A stretch of DNA of 64,000 nt from assembly GCF_018350175.1 (NCBI RefSeq), contig NC_058368.1:81966001-82030000 (forward strand), given 5' to 3'. Position numbers and translations under genes: made by a program. The DNA is from Felis catus. Its lineage: Eukaryota. The first letter of the stretch is position 1; each line of letters opens with the position of its first letter. The notes under the pieces are model-generated. The model saw nothing but the letters and a program-made list of their open reading frames with translations, was not told the origin of the DNA and made no database searches. This document shows, one piece after another, positions 24,501-54,075 of this stretch.

Positions 24501-25329
24501 CAGCAGAGGGGGCAGCCAGACCACCAAGAGTGGGCCAAGGGCACTTTGCACGTTAGTTAGGATTTTTAACATGATCACGGTGAGAGACCTCTGGCATCCG
24601 CTTACGATTAGGAGCTCTTCCCAACTTAAGGTGACAGTCACATGAGAAGCCTGACAAACAGCAGGGCCCTGACGAAATACTCATTGTCTGTCTCCTGTTG
24701 GATGCTGGAAGCCCATCTGGGACCTTGCCTGCTCCTGCTATGGCCTCACTCTGCGCTTGGGGTTGGGGGGGGGAGGTGTGTGGATAGGGTGGACCGTGCC
24801 GTTTGATACACTGTGTCCTGTGCCACCAGGTTCCAGGGAAGTACACGGTTGTGCTGGGCGATGAGAAGGAAAGCCCTGAAGCGCTTGCCGTGAGAAGCGG
24901 AGACGTGGTGGAGGTGGTCCAGGAGGGTGACGAGGGCCTTTGGTAAGACGTCGCCGGTGGTGGGCTCAGGCCCAAGACCCTGGGGCAGGCCCGCGGCTGG
25001 AGCCCCTGACCCACCCCTGCCCCTTCCAGGTATGTCAGGAACCTGACCTCCAGCAAGGAGAGCTGGGTGCCGGCCAGCAGCCTCTCCACGCTCCTCGGCA
25101 CGTCGGGCTCGGCTCAGTGCCTGAGCAGTTCAGGTAAGACCCCCGTGCCGTGCTGGCTGCGATTCGAGCCCGCGGGGTCCGCGGCCTCGAGCTCGGGCGT
25201 GCAGATGCGAAGCCGCAGCCGTTCTCGCCTGGTTTTCCCGCAGAGTCCAGTGCAGGCTCCGCCCTGCTGAGCGCCTCGTCCAGCTGCAGCGAGAGCTGCG
25301 GGGCCCCCCTCTCAGACCTGCAGGGGTAG
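468..25329 (+). CDS. MCF2L: MCF2L (Dbs/Ost) Rho guanine-nucleotide exchange factor, 5'-partial gene span, 28 coding exons in window (2 probably alternative)
   Basis: Phase-consistent GT-AG exons spell the Sec14 C-terminus, spectrin repeats, DH (HVMNELLDTERVYVEEL...LLKPVQRITKYQLLLKEM), PH and SH3 domains, ending SDLQG-TAG. Lies directly upstream of F7, as in human 13q34. Confidence 0.97.
1940..2075 (-). mobile_element. MIR SINE remnant
   Basis: cccatttcacaaaggggtaaactgaggcacagagag...aagtgacttgcc core. Confidence 0.75.
2173..2289 (+). CDS. MCF2L: MCF2L exon
   Basis: ctctag|...|gtgagt, 117 nt, VIMLSSVPELHGYIDKSQLTEDLGGTLDYCHTRWLCHRT. Confidence 0.93.
2799..2948 (+). CDS. MCF2L: MCF2L exon
   Basis: ccccag|...|gtacgt, 150 nt, AIESFALMVKQTAQ...KKDKAK. 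Confidence 0.93.
3656..3780 (+). CDS. MCF2L: MCF2L exon
   Basis: ccgcag|...|gtgagg, 125 nt, EDMRAALDEG...DNQTTVQR. Confidence 0.92.
4730..4844 (+). CDS. MCF2L: MCF2L exon
   Basis: gcccag|...|gtgagt, 115 nt, LLAQLNETEAAFDEFWAKHQQKLQQCLQLRHFEQDFRE. Confidence 0.93.
5905..6055. repeat. C-rich degenerate tandem repeat (ccctcctgaacccccac-like)
   Basis: Repeated ~17-19 nt units seen directly. Confidence 0.7.
6080..8050 (-). mobile_element. Old L1 (L1M) 3' fragment, antisense, interrupted by a SINE
   Basis: Degraded ORF2-end/3'UTR motifs (gttgaaggacacctgggctgtttcca, tccattttgagttaacttttgtgtagggtgaga); - strand peptide AKSWKQPRCPSTG. Confidence 0.75.
7012..7225 (-). mobile_element. SINEC (CAN-SINE)
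   Basis: polyT, (GA)n, tRNA-derived head ...ccgactgagccgcacaggcacccc. Confidence 0.92.
8234..8353 (+). CDS. MCF2L: MCF2L exon (spectrin repeat)
   Basis: ttccag|...|gtaagg, 120 nt, VKASLDALAQK...FEEKSS. Confidence 0.92.
8602..8793 (+). CDS. MCF2L: MCF2L exon (spectrin repeat)
   Basis: acgcag|...|gtgaga, 192 nt, VSVERALAL...HYAVDSIRPKC...SLLEA. Confidence 0.92.
9213..9404 (+). CDS. MCF2L: MCF2L exon
   Basis: gtccag|...|gtaagt, 192 nt, SMKWCDEGIYLLASQPVDKC...TDLM. Confidence 0.93.
9930..10089 (+). CDS. MCF2L: MCF2L exon
   Basis: cttcag|...|gtgtgc, 160 nt, EHVQKVYQKQ...RPVQPVAPRPE...SP. Confidence 0.9.
10774..10844 (+). CDS. MCF2L: MCF2L exon
   Basis: aaccag|...|gtgagg, 71 nt, GSRRGSENSPEGSMLRRGPYRRAK; restores phase 0. 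Confidence 0.88.
11043..11119 (+). CDS. MCF2L: MCF2L exon
   Basis: ccccag|...|gtgagc, 77 nt, SEVTESRQGRGSSTGDEEESLAILRR. Confidence 0.9.
11573..11639 (+). CDS. MCF2L: MCF2L exon (DH domain start)
   Basis: tcacag|...|gtgagt, 67 nt, HVMNELLDTERVYVEELLCVLE. Confidence 0.93.
12292..12407 (+). CDS. MCF2L: MCF2L exon (DH)
   Basis: acgcag|...|gtcagg, 116 nt, GYAAELDNP...LFGNMEEIYHFHNR. Confidence 0.93.
13528..13597 (+). CDS. MCF2L: MCF2L exon (DH)
   Basis: gtctag|...|gtatgt, 70 nt, IFLRELENYTDCPELVGRCFLER. Confidence 0.93.
13660..13855 (-). mobile_element. SINEC (CAN-SINE) with TSD
   Basis: SINEC body flanked by aataatga(c/g)tttaa at 13646 and 13856. Confidence 0.92.
14480..14660. mobile_element. 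MER5-like hAT-Charlie remnant
   Basis: cagtggttctcaaa...cagcaccagcatcccggga...aatgcaggttctcagg. Confidence 0.55.
14919..15011 (+). CDS. MCF2L: MCF2L exon (DH)
   Basis: gctcag|...|gtgtgt, 93 nt, MEEFQIYEKYCQNKPRSESLWRQCSDCPFFQ. Confidence 0.93.
15113..15205 (+). CDS. MCF2L: MCF2L exon (DH)
   Basis: ttgcag|...|gtgacg, 93 nt, ECQRKLDHKLSLDSYLLKPVQRITKYQLLLK. Confidence 0.94.
15839..15964 (+). CDS. MCF2L: MCF2L exon (DH end)
   Basis: ccccag|...|gtaagg, 126 nt, EMLKYSK...AVNDSMHLIAITGYD. Confidence 0.94.
16110..16640. repeat. CA/C-rich degenerate minisatellite (cccctgcacccacaccca) in an MCF2L intron
   Basis: ~530 bp of repeated units; produces His/Pro-rich pseudo-ORFs in several frames. Confidence 0.9.
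16947..17168 (+). CDS. MCF2L: MCF2L exon (PH)
   Basis: gcttag|...|gtgagt, 222 nt, GNLSDLGRLLMQGSFSVW...YSYKQSLN. Confidence 0.93.
17386..17478 (+). CDS. MCF2L: MCF2L exon (PH)
   Basis: tgtcag|...|gtaggg, 93 nt, MAAVGITENVKGDVRKFEIWYNAREEVYIIQ. Confidence 0.93.
18439..18517 (+). CDS. MCF2L: MCF2L exon (PH end)
   Basis: gcacag|...|gtaaga, 79 nt, APTVEIKAAWVSEIRKVLTSQLQACR. Confidence 0.93.
18654..18720 (+). CDS. MCF2L: MCF2L exon
   Basis: ccgcag|...|gtgagg, 67 nt, EASQHRALEQSQSLPLPTPPSTS. Confidence 0.88.
19435..19553 (+). CDS. MCF2L: MCF2L exon
   Basis: cattag|...|gtgggt, 119 nt, PSKGNTRNIKKLEERKTDPLSLEGYVSS...PEKGR. Confidence 0.9.
19701..19793 (+). CDS. MCF2L: MCF2L alternative cassette exon (phase 1-1)
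   Basis: tcggag|...|gtaaaa, 93 nt, DDTAPSSTSESSALSKTRFALPGLAALTGQK; resembles an alternative exon recalled from mammalian MCF2L isoforms. Confidence 0.7.
20429..20656 (-). mobile_element. SINEC (CAN-SINE) with TSD
   Basis: SINEC body; tcaaacttttt on both flanks. Confidence 0.92.
21033..21107 (+). CDS. MCF2L: MCF2L alternative cassette exon (phase 1-1)
   Basis: Long pyrimidine tract, ccacag|...|gtagag, 75 nt, ASPTSPGKKAKRHEVKSDPTPFGLR. Confidence 0.8.
23478..23596 (+). CDS. MCF2L: MCF2L exon
   Basis: tctcag|...|gtaacc, 119 nt, GWSKTSHPSEAPEDDGWSSAEELINSSDAEEE...KL. Confidence 0.9.
23901..24113 (-). mobile_element. SINEC (CAN-SINE) with TSD
   Basis: gatttgcatt at 23891 and 24114. Confidence 0.92.
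24260..24500. mobile_element. L2 LINE remnant
   Basis: gtaccaggcactgtgg...acaaaatagaca...agcagcatgtgcaaaggccctgggg motifs. Confidence 0.55.
24830..24942 (+). CDS. MCF2L: MCF2L exon (SH3 N-half)
   Basis: caccag|...|gtaaga, 113 nt, VPGKYTVVLGDEKESPEALAVRSGDVVEVVQEGDEGLW. Confidence 0.9.
25030..25133 (+). CDS. MCF2L: MCF2L exon (SH3 C-half)
   Basis: ttccag|...|gtaaga, 104 nt, YVRNLTSSKESWVPASSL...CLSSS. Confidence 0.9.
25244..25329 (+). CDS. MCF2L: MCF2L terminal coding exon
   Basis: ccgcag| ESSAGSALLSASSSCSESCGAPLSDLQG-TAG. Confidence 0.85.
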
Positions 25330-26996
25330 CGCCGGGCCGCGCAGGATGGCAGCCTGCGGACCTCTAAGTGTTCTCTTTGCTTGGGCTTGCTTAGTTTGGT
25401 GAGGGACGGTGCTCTAAGACCCTGGGAAAGGAGGACCCTGGCAAGACCCAGAAGAGGAGCCGCCCGCTGCCCACGAGACTTGGCGGTGCAGACACAGGGG
25501 CACGCAGAGGAAAGGTTCTGGAAGATTCTGTCCTCCGGCCTTCACGCCAGGACCCCCCTGACGGAGGCGCAGAAGTCAGCTCCACGGGAGGATGGCGAAA
25601 CACCGAGCTTCCCCGCAGAACCAGGATGGACGGAGGGCTGTGGGGCAGCGGAGCAAACATGTGGCAGGTGCCACGGGGCCGTCGTCCACCTCCACAGGGC
25701 CGCGGTGGGGAGCCCGTCCCGGCCACTCGGCTTCGGTTCCTGCCGCATCTGGGCTGGTGCTTCCTGCAGGGATCAGCACGTTGTGGGAGGGACCGCTTCC
25801 CAAAGAAGTGGCCAACCTACTGACCCAACAGCTTGGTGGAGGACTTTTTGATTTTTACAAGAAAGCAGGGATTAATTCCATGGCCATTTTTTGTGGTACT
25901 TTGGCCGCTAATCTTTACCAAGAATCACTGTGTTTACATGAAATGACAATTTAATACTGTATTTGATACAAAACTATTTTCTGTTACTGGGGTTTACACT
26001 GCAGCGCGTTGTTTATACTGCTGGAGATTTGAGGGCTCTCTCTTGGGGACCAAAGCCCTCTCCAAGGCCGGCCTGGTCACCGGCGGTTGAAAACGCATCC
26101 CTCGATAAAATCCAGCAATGTTTCTACAAACAGGAGTAGTAGAAACCAAGGAGAGTCCTTTATCTGTGTAGGTTAATTTTCAAAAGAAAATTTAAACTAT
26201 AATTTAAAATATTTAGTTTCTTTTCTACAAAAATGGGGAACTTGATTTTTTTAACTAGCTTCACTGAATTAGGATTTTTTATCGTTTTTAAAGAATACAT
26301 AAAGATGCAGTTTCCGTGGGGTACCACCTGAACCGGTGCCCACACAGGGCTCAGTGAAATCTCCAGCCCTGGCACCTGTGCCGGCCTCCGCTGCTGCCTC
26401 CCAGGCTCGGGCAAGTCCCCGTGAACTCAGAAACGTAAAGGTTGCAGAGCTCATCACTGAAATCGAGGCAGAACTGGAAAGAAAACTCTTGTGGTTTACC
26501 TTTTTGTGTTTCTCAAACAAACTCTGTTCTCCGGAAACACTTTGTGTATCTGGTGGGGGCGGATCTCTTTCTACGTGTGCTTACGTGGATGTGTGTGCAT
26601 TGGTGTCCCATGTTAGGGATGCACGCGGCCTCCGCGATGCTGGAAACCGTCACTTTACTGCCCTCCCTGAGTCCCGCGCCCACCGCAGCCTGCTCCCGGC
26701 CACACGCGAGCCCCCACCCTGGCCGCCCCTGCGGTGCGTTAGAGAAAACAGCCGTGCAAGACTCAGCAGCTTTCCTCAGTGCCCCCCGATTTACTCAGTG
26801 CACTGACTGTGCAGAGACCGCCCCAGCCGCCTCGCCCAACACCCCCCACCATTGTAATCTCTTCCTCATAAAGGCACTTTAAAACCTCGTGTTTCAGTCA
26901 TTGCTTTTTGTTTGGTTTGAGGTCTTTTTTTTTTTTTATTGCTGATGTAAATGAAATTTAAAAAATCAGAGTTCTTTATTGTATGGATGGAGTTTG

Positions 26997-27002
26997 AATA
27001 AA
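26997..27002 (+). terminator. Candidate MCF2L polyadenylation signal (AATAAA)
   Basis: AATAAA ~1.7 kb after the stop, at the end of an AU-rich 3'UTR. Alternatives are CATAAA near 26867 (followed by a GT/T-rich tract) and AATAAA at 27165. Confidence 0.45.
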
Positions 27003-29348
27003 TATCAGCCCCTCTTGCTGTCTGCCTTCATCTGTAAAAAGCCCAGAATTCTGCTCATCGCGCTCAGCTACACACAGCACTGCAAGCGCCATTACAGGGG
27101 AGGCAGATGGCGAGCAGGACCCAGACTGTGTCCCCTATGCTTCCCTTTGTCAGAAAATGATGGAAATAAAGTAAGCGTGTTGTGTCAACACTGTGAAGGT
27201 AACAAAAGAAATGCAGACTCCCAGTGCTGGGACATTGGGGTCCGGTGGTGGAAGGGATGTGGTGGGGAGGGAAGCGTGACGGGCGGAAGCAGGAATCCGG
27301 AAGAGCAGCCGGAGCCACTCTCTCCCACGATGCTGGAATCGTGCTAGGCTGACCTGCCAGGAGGGGATCAAATCGGATGCATCACATGATTCCTGAAAGA
27401 CACCATCAAACAAGATCACACAAGGCTGGAAGAAAAGACAAGAACAGAGACTAACAAACCCTGACCTCCCAGGAGCCCCTCCCACAGACCTGAGGGCTGT
27501 GCCCCAGAGGCAGGTACACTGTTGGAGTTGGCCACTGGAGCGCCTGTCCCCCAGTCCAAGCGGAAGGCGTGGCCATGAGCGGAGGGTCGGGGAGGGGCCG
27601 CTGTTCACACGGGGCTACGCAGCTGGCCCTCTGCACTCAGCCACCCTGTCCTCCTCCCCTCGCCCCTCCTGGCCCGGGGTCTGGGGTAGGACTGCTCGGT
27701 ACCATGCTTGGTGGTCTTTCATGAAGAAAAAGCCACTTGGAAGCGTCAGTGGGGAAGCGGTGCCTCAGCCACGACCCCACTGGCCTGTGCTGTCCCCCAC
27801 CTCCCCAGAGGACCCTGGGACTCGAAGGCTTCAGTCCAGCACATGTCCCAAATCCAGGCTGCCTGGCAGCTCACCCATGGGAATCCCATTTCTCCGCAGC
27901 TTTGGGCAGTCGGAGGAGGAGCATCCCTTCCCCACACCTCCTGGCCAGTCGCCCACTGAGTCCACGGCCAGACACTCCTCGCGCTGCTCTGAGAACAGCC
28001 CAGCTGCGGCCCCACTCAAGGGGAAACATAGGCACCTGCTGACGGTGTCCCCAGGATGCAGTCTTGCTCAGAAGCAGGACCCTTGCCGGTAGAATTGGTT
28101 ATGATGAGTCACACTGGAGTGGGGGCCCTGACCCACGGGTAGTGTCTCTGTAAGGAGAGTTAGATCGGGACACACACCCAGGCCGACTGCAGGTGGGGCA
28201 CAGAGGCCCCCAGAACTCCCCAGCGGGAAGGGGCAGGCAGGCCCTCCCCCGGAGCCTCCAGAGACAGCAGGGCCCTGCACAGACACCGTGCCCAAGGGCC
28301 TGTGGCCTCCAGAGCCGGCACAGGATAGATTTCCGGTACAGTAAGCCCCGCGCATGCAGCCCTGTCATGGGGCCACCAGGAGTCAGGAAAGTGCTGAGCT
28401 CAAGGGCGGCTCCCCTGCAACCTTTGAGAGCAGGGCTCACGGGTGCTGCATGTGGACCGACACGGGACCGACAGCACCTCCACCTGCTCGGGCGAGACAT
28501 TCGCCAGATTTAGGGGCAGAAGCTCAAGGCTGAAACGCTTCTCCCCAAGCTGGGAGGAAACGGAGCCAGGACTGCCAGGCCATCCAGAGAATCCCCAGAA
28601 GGTGCAGCAGAAAGCGGGGGGGTCCCCCCCCCACCAACAACAGACTCCCAAGCAGCCAGCAATCGTAACCATTAGTAACACCTGAGGTGGTCAACAAACC
28701 ATGTTCTCTGCAGAGACTGACTCTCCCACTTGGGGAGTGGAGCTGGGACCCCGCCTGCAACAGCTGGGCCGTGTGGCTCCCACGCACGGGAGAGGAGCAG
28801 AGTGGGCGTCCCCAGTCTCCACCATTTGCAGAAAGGATATTTCAGAGGGTCGAGGCCAGACCCCACTGGAGGCTGGACGCCCACGTGAGCCTTGTTGGGG
28901 TGACTGACGATGTCCGAGGGCCCAGGATGGTCCAGGTCAGCACAGAAGCCGGGCAACCAAGACGGTTGGTCACCGCGGCTTGCGGCCTGGGCCCAAGAGG
29001 GCCCGGAGGGACACAGAGCAGGGGGTTCAGCTTGGGGCAGGTGCCCCAGGGCAATGAGGCCCTGTGTGGGTCTCCACCCACACCGAAGATCCACTCTCCT
29101 GTCCCCAGAGTTACTCTGCAGGCACACCTACCACCAGCTTGGATCTGTTTCCCAACTGCGGCCCTAAGTCCCCAGGGCTTCAGATTCTCAACCGCATTTG
29201 AGGCGCACGCGCCAGGTACACATCCCGACACAGACGCTTCCGAGAGGGAACCCCTACTTCGCGGTCACAGCTGTGCGGTGGGTACAGACAGTGTCTTCCT
29301 GTCCCCAGCGTCCCCCGCACGCCCCGCCCCTGGGTTTGGGAGGCCAGG

Positions 29349-29392
29349 CCTCCCTCCCCGCCCTCTGTCCCAGCTTGGAGGCCGGGACTTTG
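29349..29392 (+). promoter_or_regulatory. F7 TATA-less proximal promoter: Sp1 GC-box and HNF4 site
   Basis: cctccctccccgccc at about -99 to -85 and ACTTTG at 29387-29392 (-61 from ATG). Same order and spacing as the known human F7 Sp1 and HNF4 elements. Confidence 0.8.
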
Positions 29393-29447
29393 CTCGCCTT
29401 CCCAGCACGCCTGGAATGTCAACAGACCGTGTGACACAGGCCTCGCC

Positions 29448-38580
<9,133 letters not shown>

Positions 38581-38600
38581 CCTCAGTGCAGGGCCACCCT

Positions 38601-38606
38601 AATAAA
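38601..38606 (+). terminator. Candidate F7 polyadenylation signal
   Basis: AATAAA 20 nt after the stop codon. Confidence 0.65.
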
Positions 38607-38779
38607 GCTGCCACTCGTCCCTGCTCTGTTCCAGAAACACCCTGCACTTCTGGAGTGGGGGAAGGGGGTGCAAAGTGGGCTGAGCAGGATGTGCCCGGGA
38701 GCACCGATGTGCCTGCCAGGGAGGGGACGCACTGTTTCCCAGGGGACCGTGCTCCCCTGACCGCCGTTGTGGTGGTGCG

Positions 38780-38935
38780 TGTGCACGTTAGCATATATAC
38801 ATTGGTGCCTACACATCGGCACACACACACACCTGCATCCACACGTCGGCGTGCTTACATTTGCGTGCTCACACTGGCACACACACCTGTGTCCACACAT
38901 TGGCGTGCTCACACTTGCGTGCTCACATCTTTACG
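38780..38935. repeat. CA-rich degenerate repeat downstream of F7
   Basis: acacacctg..tccacac..ggcgtgctcaca.ttgcgtgctcaca occurs twice, with CA runs. Confidence 0.65.
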
Positions 38936-41788
38936 TTCCATTCCTGTCTTCTTGCACAAGCATGTCACCCTCATTTCACGTACACGGGAAGCATCATCCA
39001 TTCATCCTGGGGACTATCCTTCCAGATCTTTCTGTGTACGTAGCTTTGACCATAAAATGTGAGGCTGTCACCCTCCATATGGCGTTTGTCACTGGCCCAC
39101 CTGTGAGCACACCTCTGGAGCGCCCTCCTGCCACCCTGGAGCGCGCCCGTCCTCACCCTGTTGCCCTGCTTGTCCTGCAGCCACGCTTTCTCTCACGCTC
39201 ACAGCACCCCGGAGATGGGCCTTCCTCCACCAAGGCTGTTTTCCAAAACCAAAAGCACGTGGGCGGGTTTTGGAGGCTGTGGTTCCCCAAACCCTACAGA
39301 ACCGGGCATCCTTTTCCCGCCAAGGTCCCAGTCAACAACGGTCCTCAACGAGGGTCCTAGAGAAGCCCTGCCTGAGAGCCACCAGCTTCCTCAGTCCTGC
39401 CGCATCAGTGGGACCAGGGAAGGACCCAGTGAGTGACATTTTTATCAGGTCCCTCAGGTGATCGTGGGGCCCGCTCGGCCTAAAGCCACACAGGCCATGG
39501 AGGAGGGAGAAACAAGCCGTCTGGTGGGGGAGGGAGATGACACAGAAGTGGGGCCCCCCTAAACACGGCAAGGCAGGTAAGGGCCCTGCCCCCCACCAGA
39601 CACATCCGTGGGTGGAGGGGGCAGACTGGTTGCCCCAAGCCTGGAACGCCAACAGTGCTCCACACGGGTGCATTTGGCACCGGACTTGCTGGGCTGAGGG
39701 ATCAAGCCGTATTTAGTGTAGAGTGAACCCAGGCCACCTGGTTTTGTCCAAGTGTCCTGGGATACACCCGTTCCTTACACGGCATCCTCGGACAGAGATG
39801 GTCCGGCCAAAGAGACTATCTGCCCCTGGAGCCGGACGTGCTCACGATCTGGGCCTTTGCACAAGTGGTTCACTGGCAGCCCAGCCGGCCGCCAGCCGGG
39901 GTCTCAGCAAACGGACGGCTGTGCACCTAAGGAGACCCACCAGTGGGCGAGTGCGGCCCGCCTCATACTCCTGGTCAAGCCACCTCCTGCCCTGTGCCGT
40001 AGCTCCTTGTCTTCGAAACAGGGGCCTCGGTGCTGGTGACCAGGATGGTCTGGAGCACGTAAGATGAGGGCCCTGGGAGGGCCCGCTGTGTCATGGACAG
40101 TAAAGCCGGTGTGCAAGCCTCTGGCGTCCTCCCCACAGCTCGGGCTGCAGGTGCTGAGGGGAGTTTCCTGCGTGCAGAATCCAGGAGCTGCCAGGAGCCC
40201 CGCGCCTGGGGCACTGGAGCTGGCTGGCCCCCTTTCCTGGAGAGGAAAGAAGAGGATGGGCTGGCACACTCGGGCTTCTCTGGCTGTCAGGGGGAGACAC
40301 AGGCCCCTGCCCGGTAGAGCTGCCATGGCACGGGCGCCCGGTGACATCGGGACAGCCCCTAAAGGCTAACACGGCCGATGAGCCCACAGGCTCCCACGTT
40401 ACCCCCAGCACCGGGTGCCAGAGATGGGAGGGGCTCACCCGGGACCTGGTCTCCCCCACATGCTGAATGCACCCAGAGACAACACCACACACAAAGAGGC
40501 CGGCGAGACAGGCCCAGGGCACCCCCTCTCCCCAAGGGCCAGGCTCTGCATGTCACAGCGGCCACCCTGTGGACGACCAGCCAGAGCAGAAGACTTTTGG
40601 GACATCACTGCCGCATTCGGTCTGTGAGGGGTGGTTAAGCACCCACCGTGTGCCACACATCCCTGCAGCAAAAAGCAGACAGCCTGAGGCTTCTGTCCCA
40701 GTGAGCAAGGGTGTCGAAGGTCACTCACCACGTGCAGGATGTCAGGTGTGGTGGGCGCTGTGGGATATGGGGCAGTGTCTCCATCCCTGTCTCTGTCTCC
40801 TGCTGTCTCTCTGTCCCTGTCTCTGTCTCTCCCTGTCTCTGTGACACCCTCCCCCCCGCCCCCGAGGGCCCTGGCACATGGCCTGCGCCCACCATGTGGC
40901 TGGACTGCCACGGGCTGAGCCTCCTTGGGCTGGGGGGATGCGGCAGGTGTATCTCCCACGTCTCACGTGCAGTGCACTGGCCAGGAGCCCCCATACTCCT
41001 CACCCCCTCTCCCGGGTGGCCGGACCGGCTTGAGAGAGAGAGAGACTCACCGTAAGGCCCCCGATCTGGGGGCTCACTTCCCTGCCCCCGCCCACCCCCA
41101 GTGGGGTGTGCGAGGCAAAGCCCCTTCTGGGAAACCCCCAGCCCGCGGGCATCTCCAGGACTGAGAGGGCCAGCCCACTGTTCCCTGGCCACGGGCTCCC
41201 CGACCTCTAGCCAGATGTCCTGGGCTGGCACTGGCTGCACCGGGCAGGCCAGACCCCCCAGAAGTGTGGGCAGGAGCCCTCAGCCCAGAGGGGCCACAGG
41301 ACACCCCTGCCTCCTGGGGCCCCTGGATTTCAGCTGGTGGTGCCAGCCTTTCACACTGGCGAAGCCAGTGCACCAGGACCCCCTATGATGGTGGCACTTG
41401 GTGGCACCTCCTGATGCCACCTGGAGACAGAGGCCATGGGCAGAAGGTCTGCTGCTATGGCCGACAGCCCTGGGTCCAAACCCCATGTGCGCCCCGGACA
41501 GCCCTGGGCTGACACCTGCTGTAGACCTAAGAGTCTGTCCTGGAGAAAAGATGGGACTGGACACTCAGCTCTTAGCGTGGCTGGAAGGACAGAATGACTG
41601 CAGACGCAACATCTGCAAACTATAAAATGACACTTTTGTTCTCCTAAGAACTCCCTGTGCCCATGGCTGGCCCCTCAGACCGAGTGCCCAATGATGCCAG
41701 GGCCACCCCAGCCGCCCCAGGGCTGCACCTGCAGGGTGGCCCTGCCCCCGCGAGGTCACTGGCCCCCGGCCCCTCAGCGGCCCAGGCT

Positions 41789-41857
41789 CCAATCAGGAGG
41801 CGGTGATAAGAGAAGGTCGACCAGCCACCCGGGGCCAGGGTGCGCGAACCTTGCCCT
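41789..41857 (+). promoter_or_regulatory. F10 proximal promoter: CCAAT (NF-Y), GATA, HNF4-like DR1
   Basis: CCAAT 41789-93, TGATAA 41804-09 and cgaaccttgccct 41845-57 upstream of ATG 41903. Same order as the known human F10 elements. Confidence 0.75.
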
Positions 41858-41902
41858 GGAGGCCTGTCACGGCGGGACAGACACGCCGTTCTTGGCCACA
41901 CT

Positions 41903-53940
<12,038 letters not shown>

Positions 53941-53953
<13 letters not shown>

Positions 53954-54075
53954 GCGGGGAGCCTTGCGCCCCACCCCCAGCTGCTGGTGTCTCGTTTGTG
54001 CGGCCCAAGGCCGAGCGGGGGGCCCTGCGCCCCACCCCCATTAAAGTCATGCCAGCTGCTGGTGTCTCGTTTGTG
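53941..54075 (+). repeat. Tandem duplication (61 + 74 bp) spanning the F10 stop and poly(A) signal
   Basis: ggcccaaggcYgagcggggRgccYtgcgccccaccccca...gctgctggtgtctcgtttgtg occurs twice. Confidence 0.93.
54040..54045 (+). terminator. F10 polyadenylation signal (ATTAAA)
   Basis: ATTAAA followed by GT-rich ggtgtctcgtttgtgtttg; human F10 also uses ATTAAA. Confidence 0.75.

Noticed and set aside
40650..40860. Apparent inverted copy of human-F7-3'UTR-like sequence (GAGACA repeats)
   Set aside because: Mostly simple (CTCTGT)n repeat. Neighbouring sequence at 38780-39400 appears colinear in forward orientation, so an inversion is unsupported.
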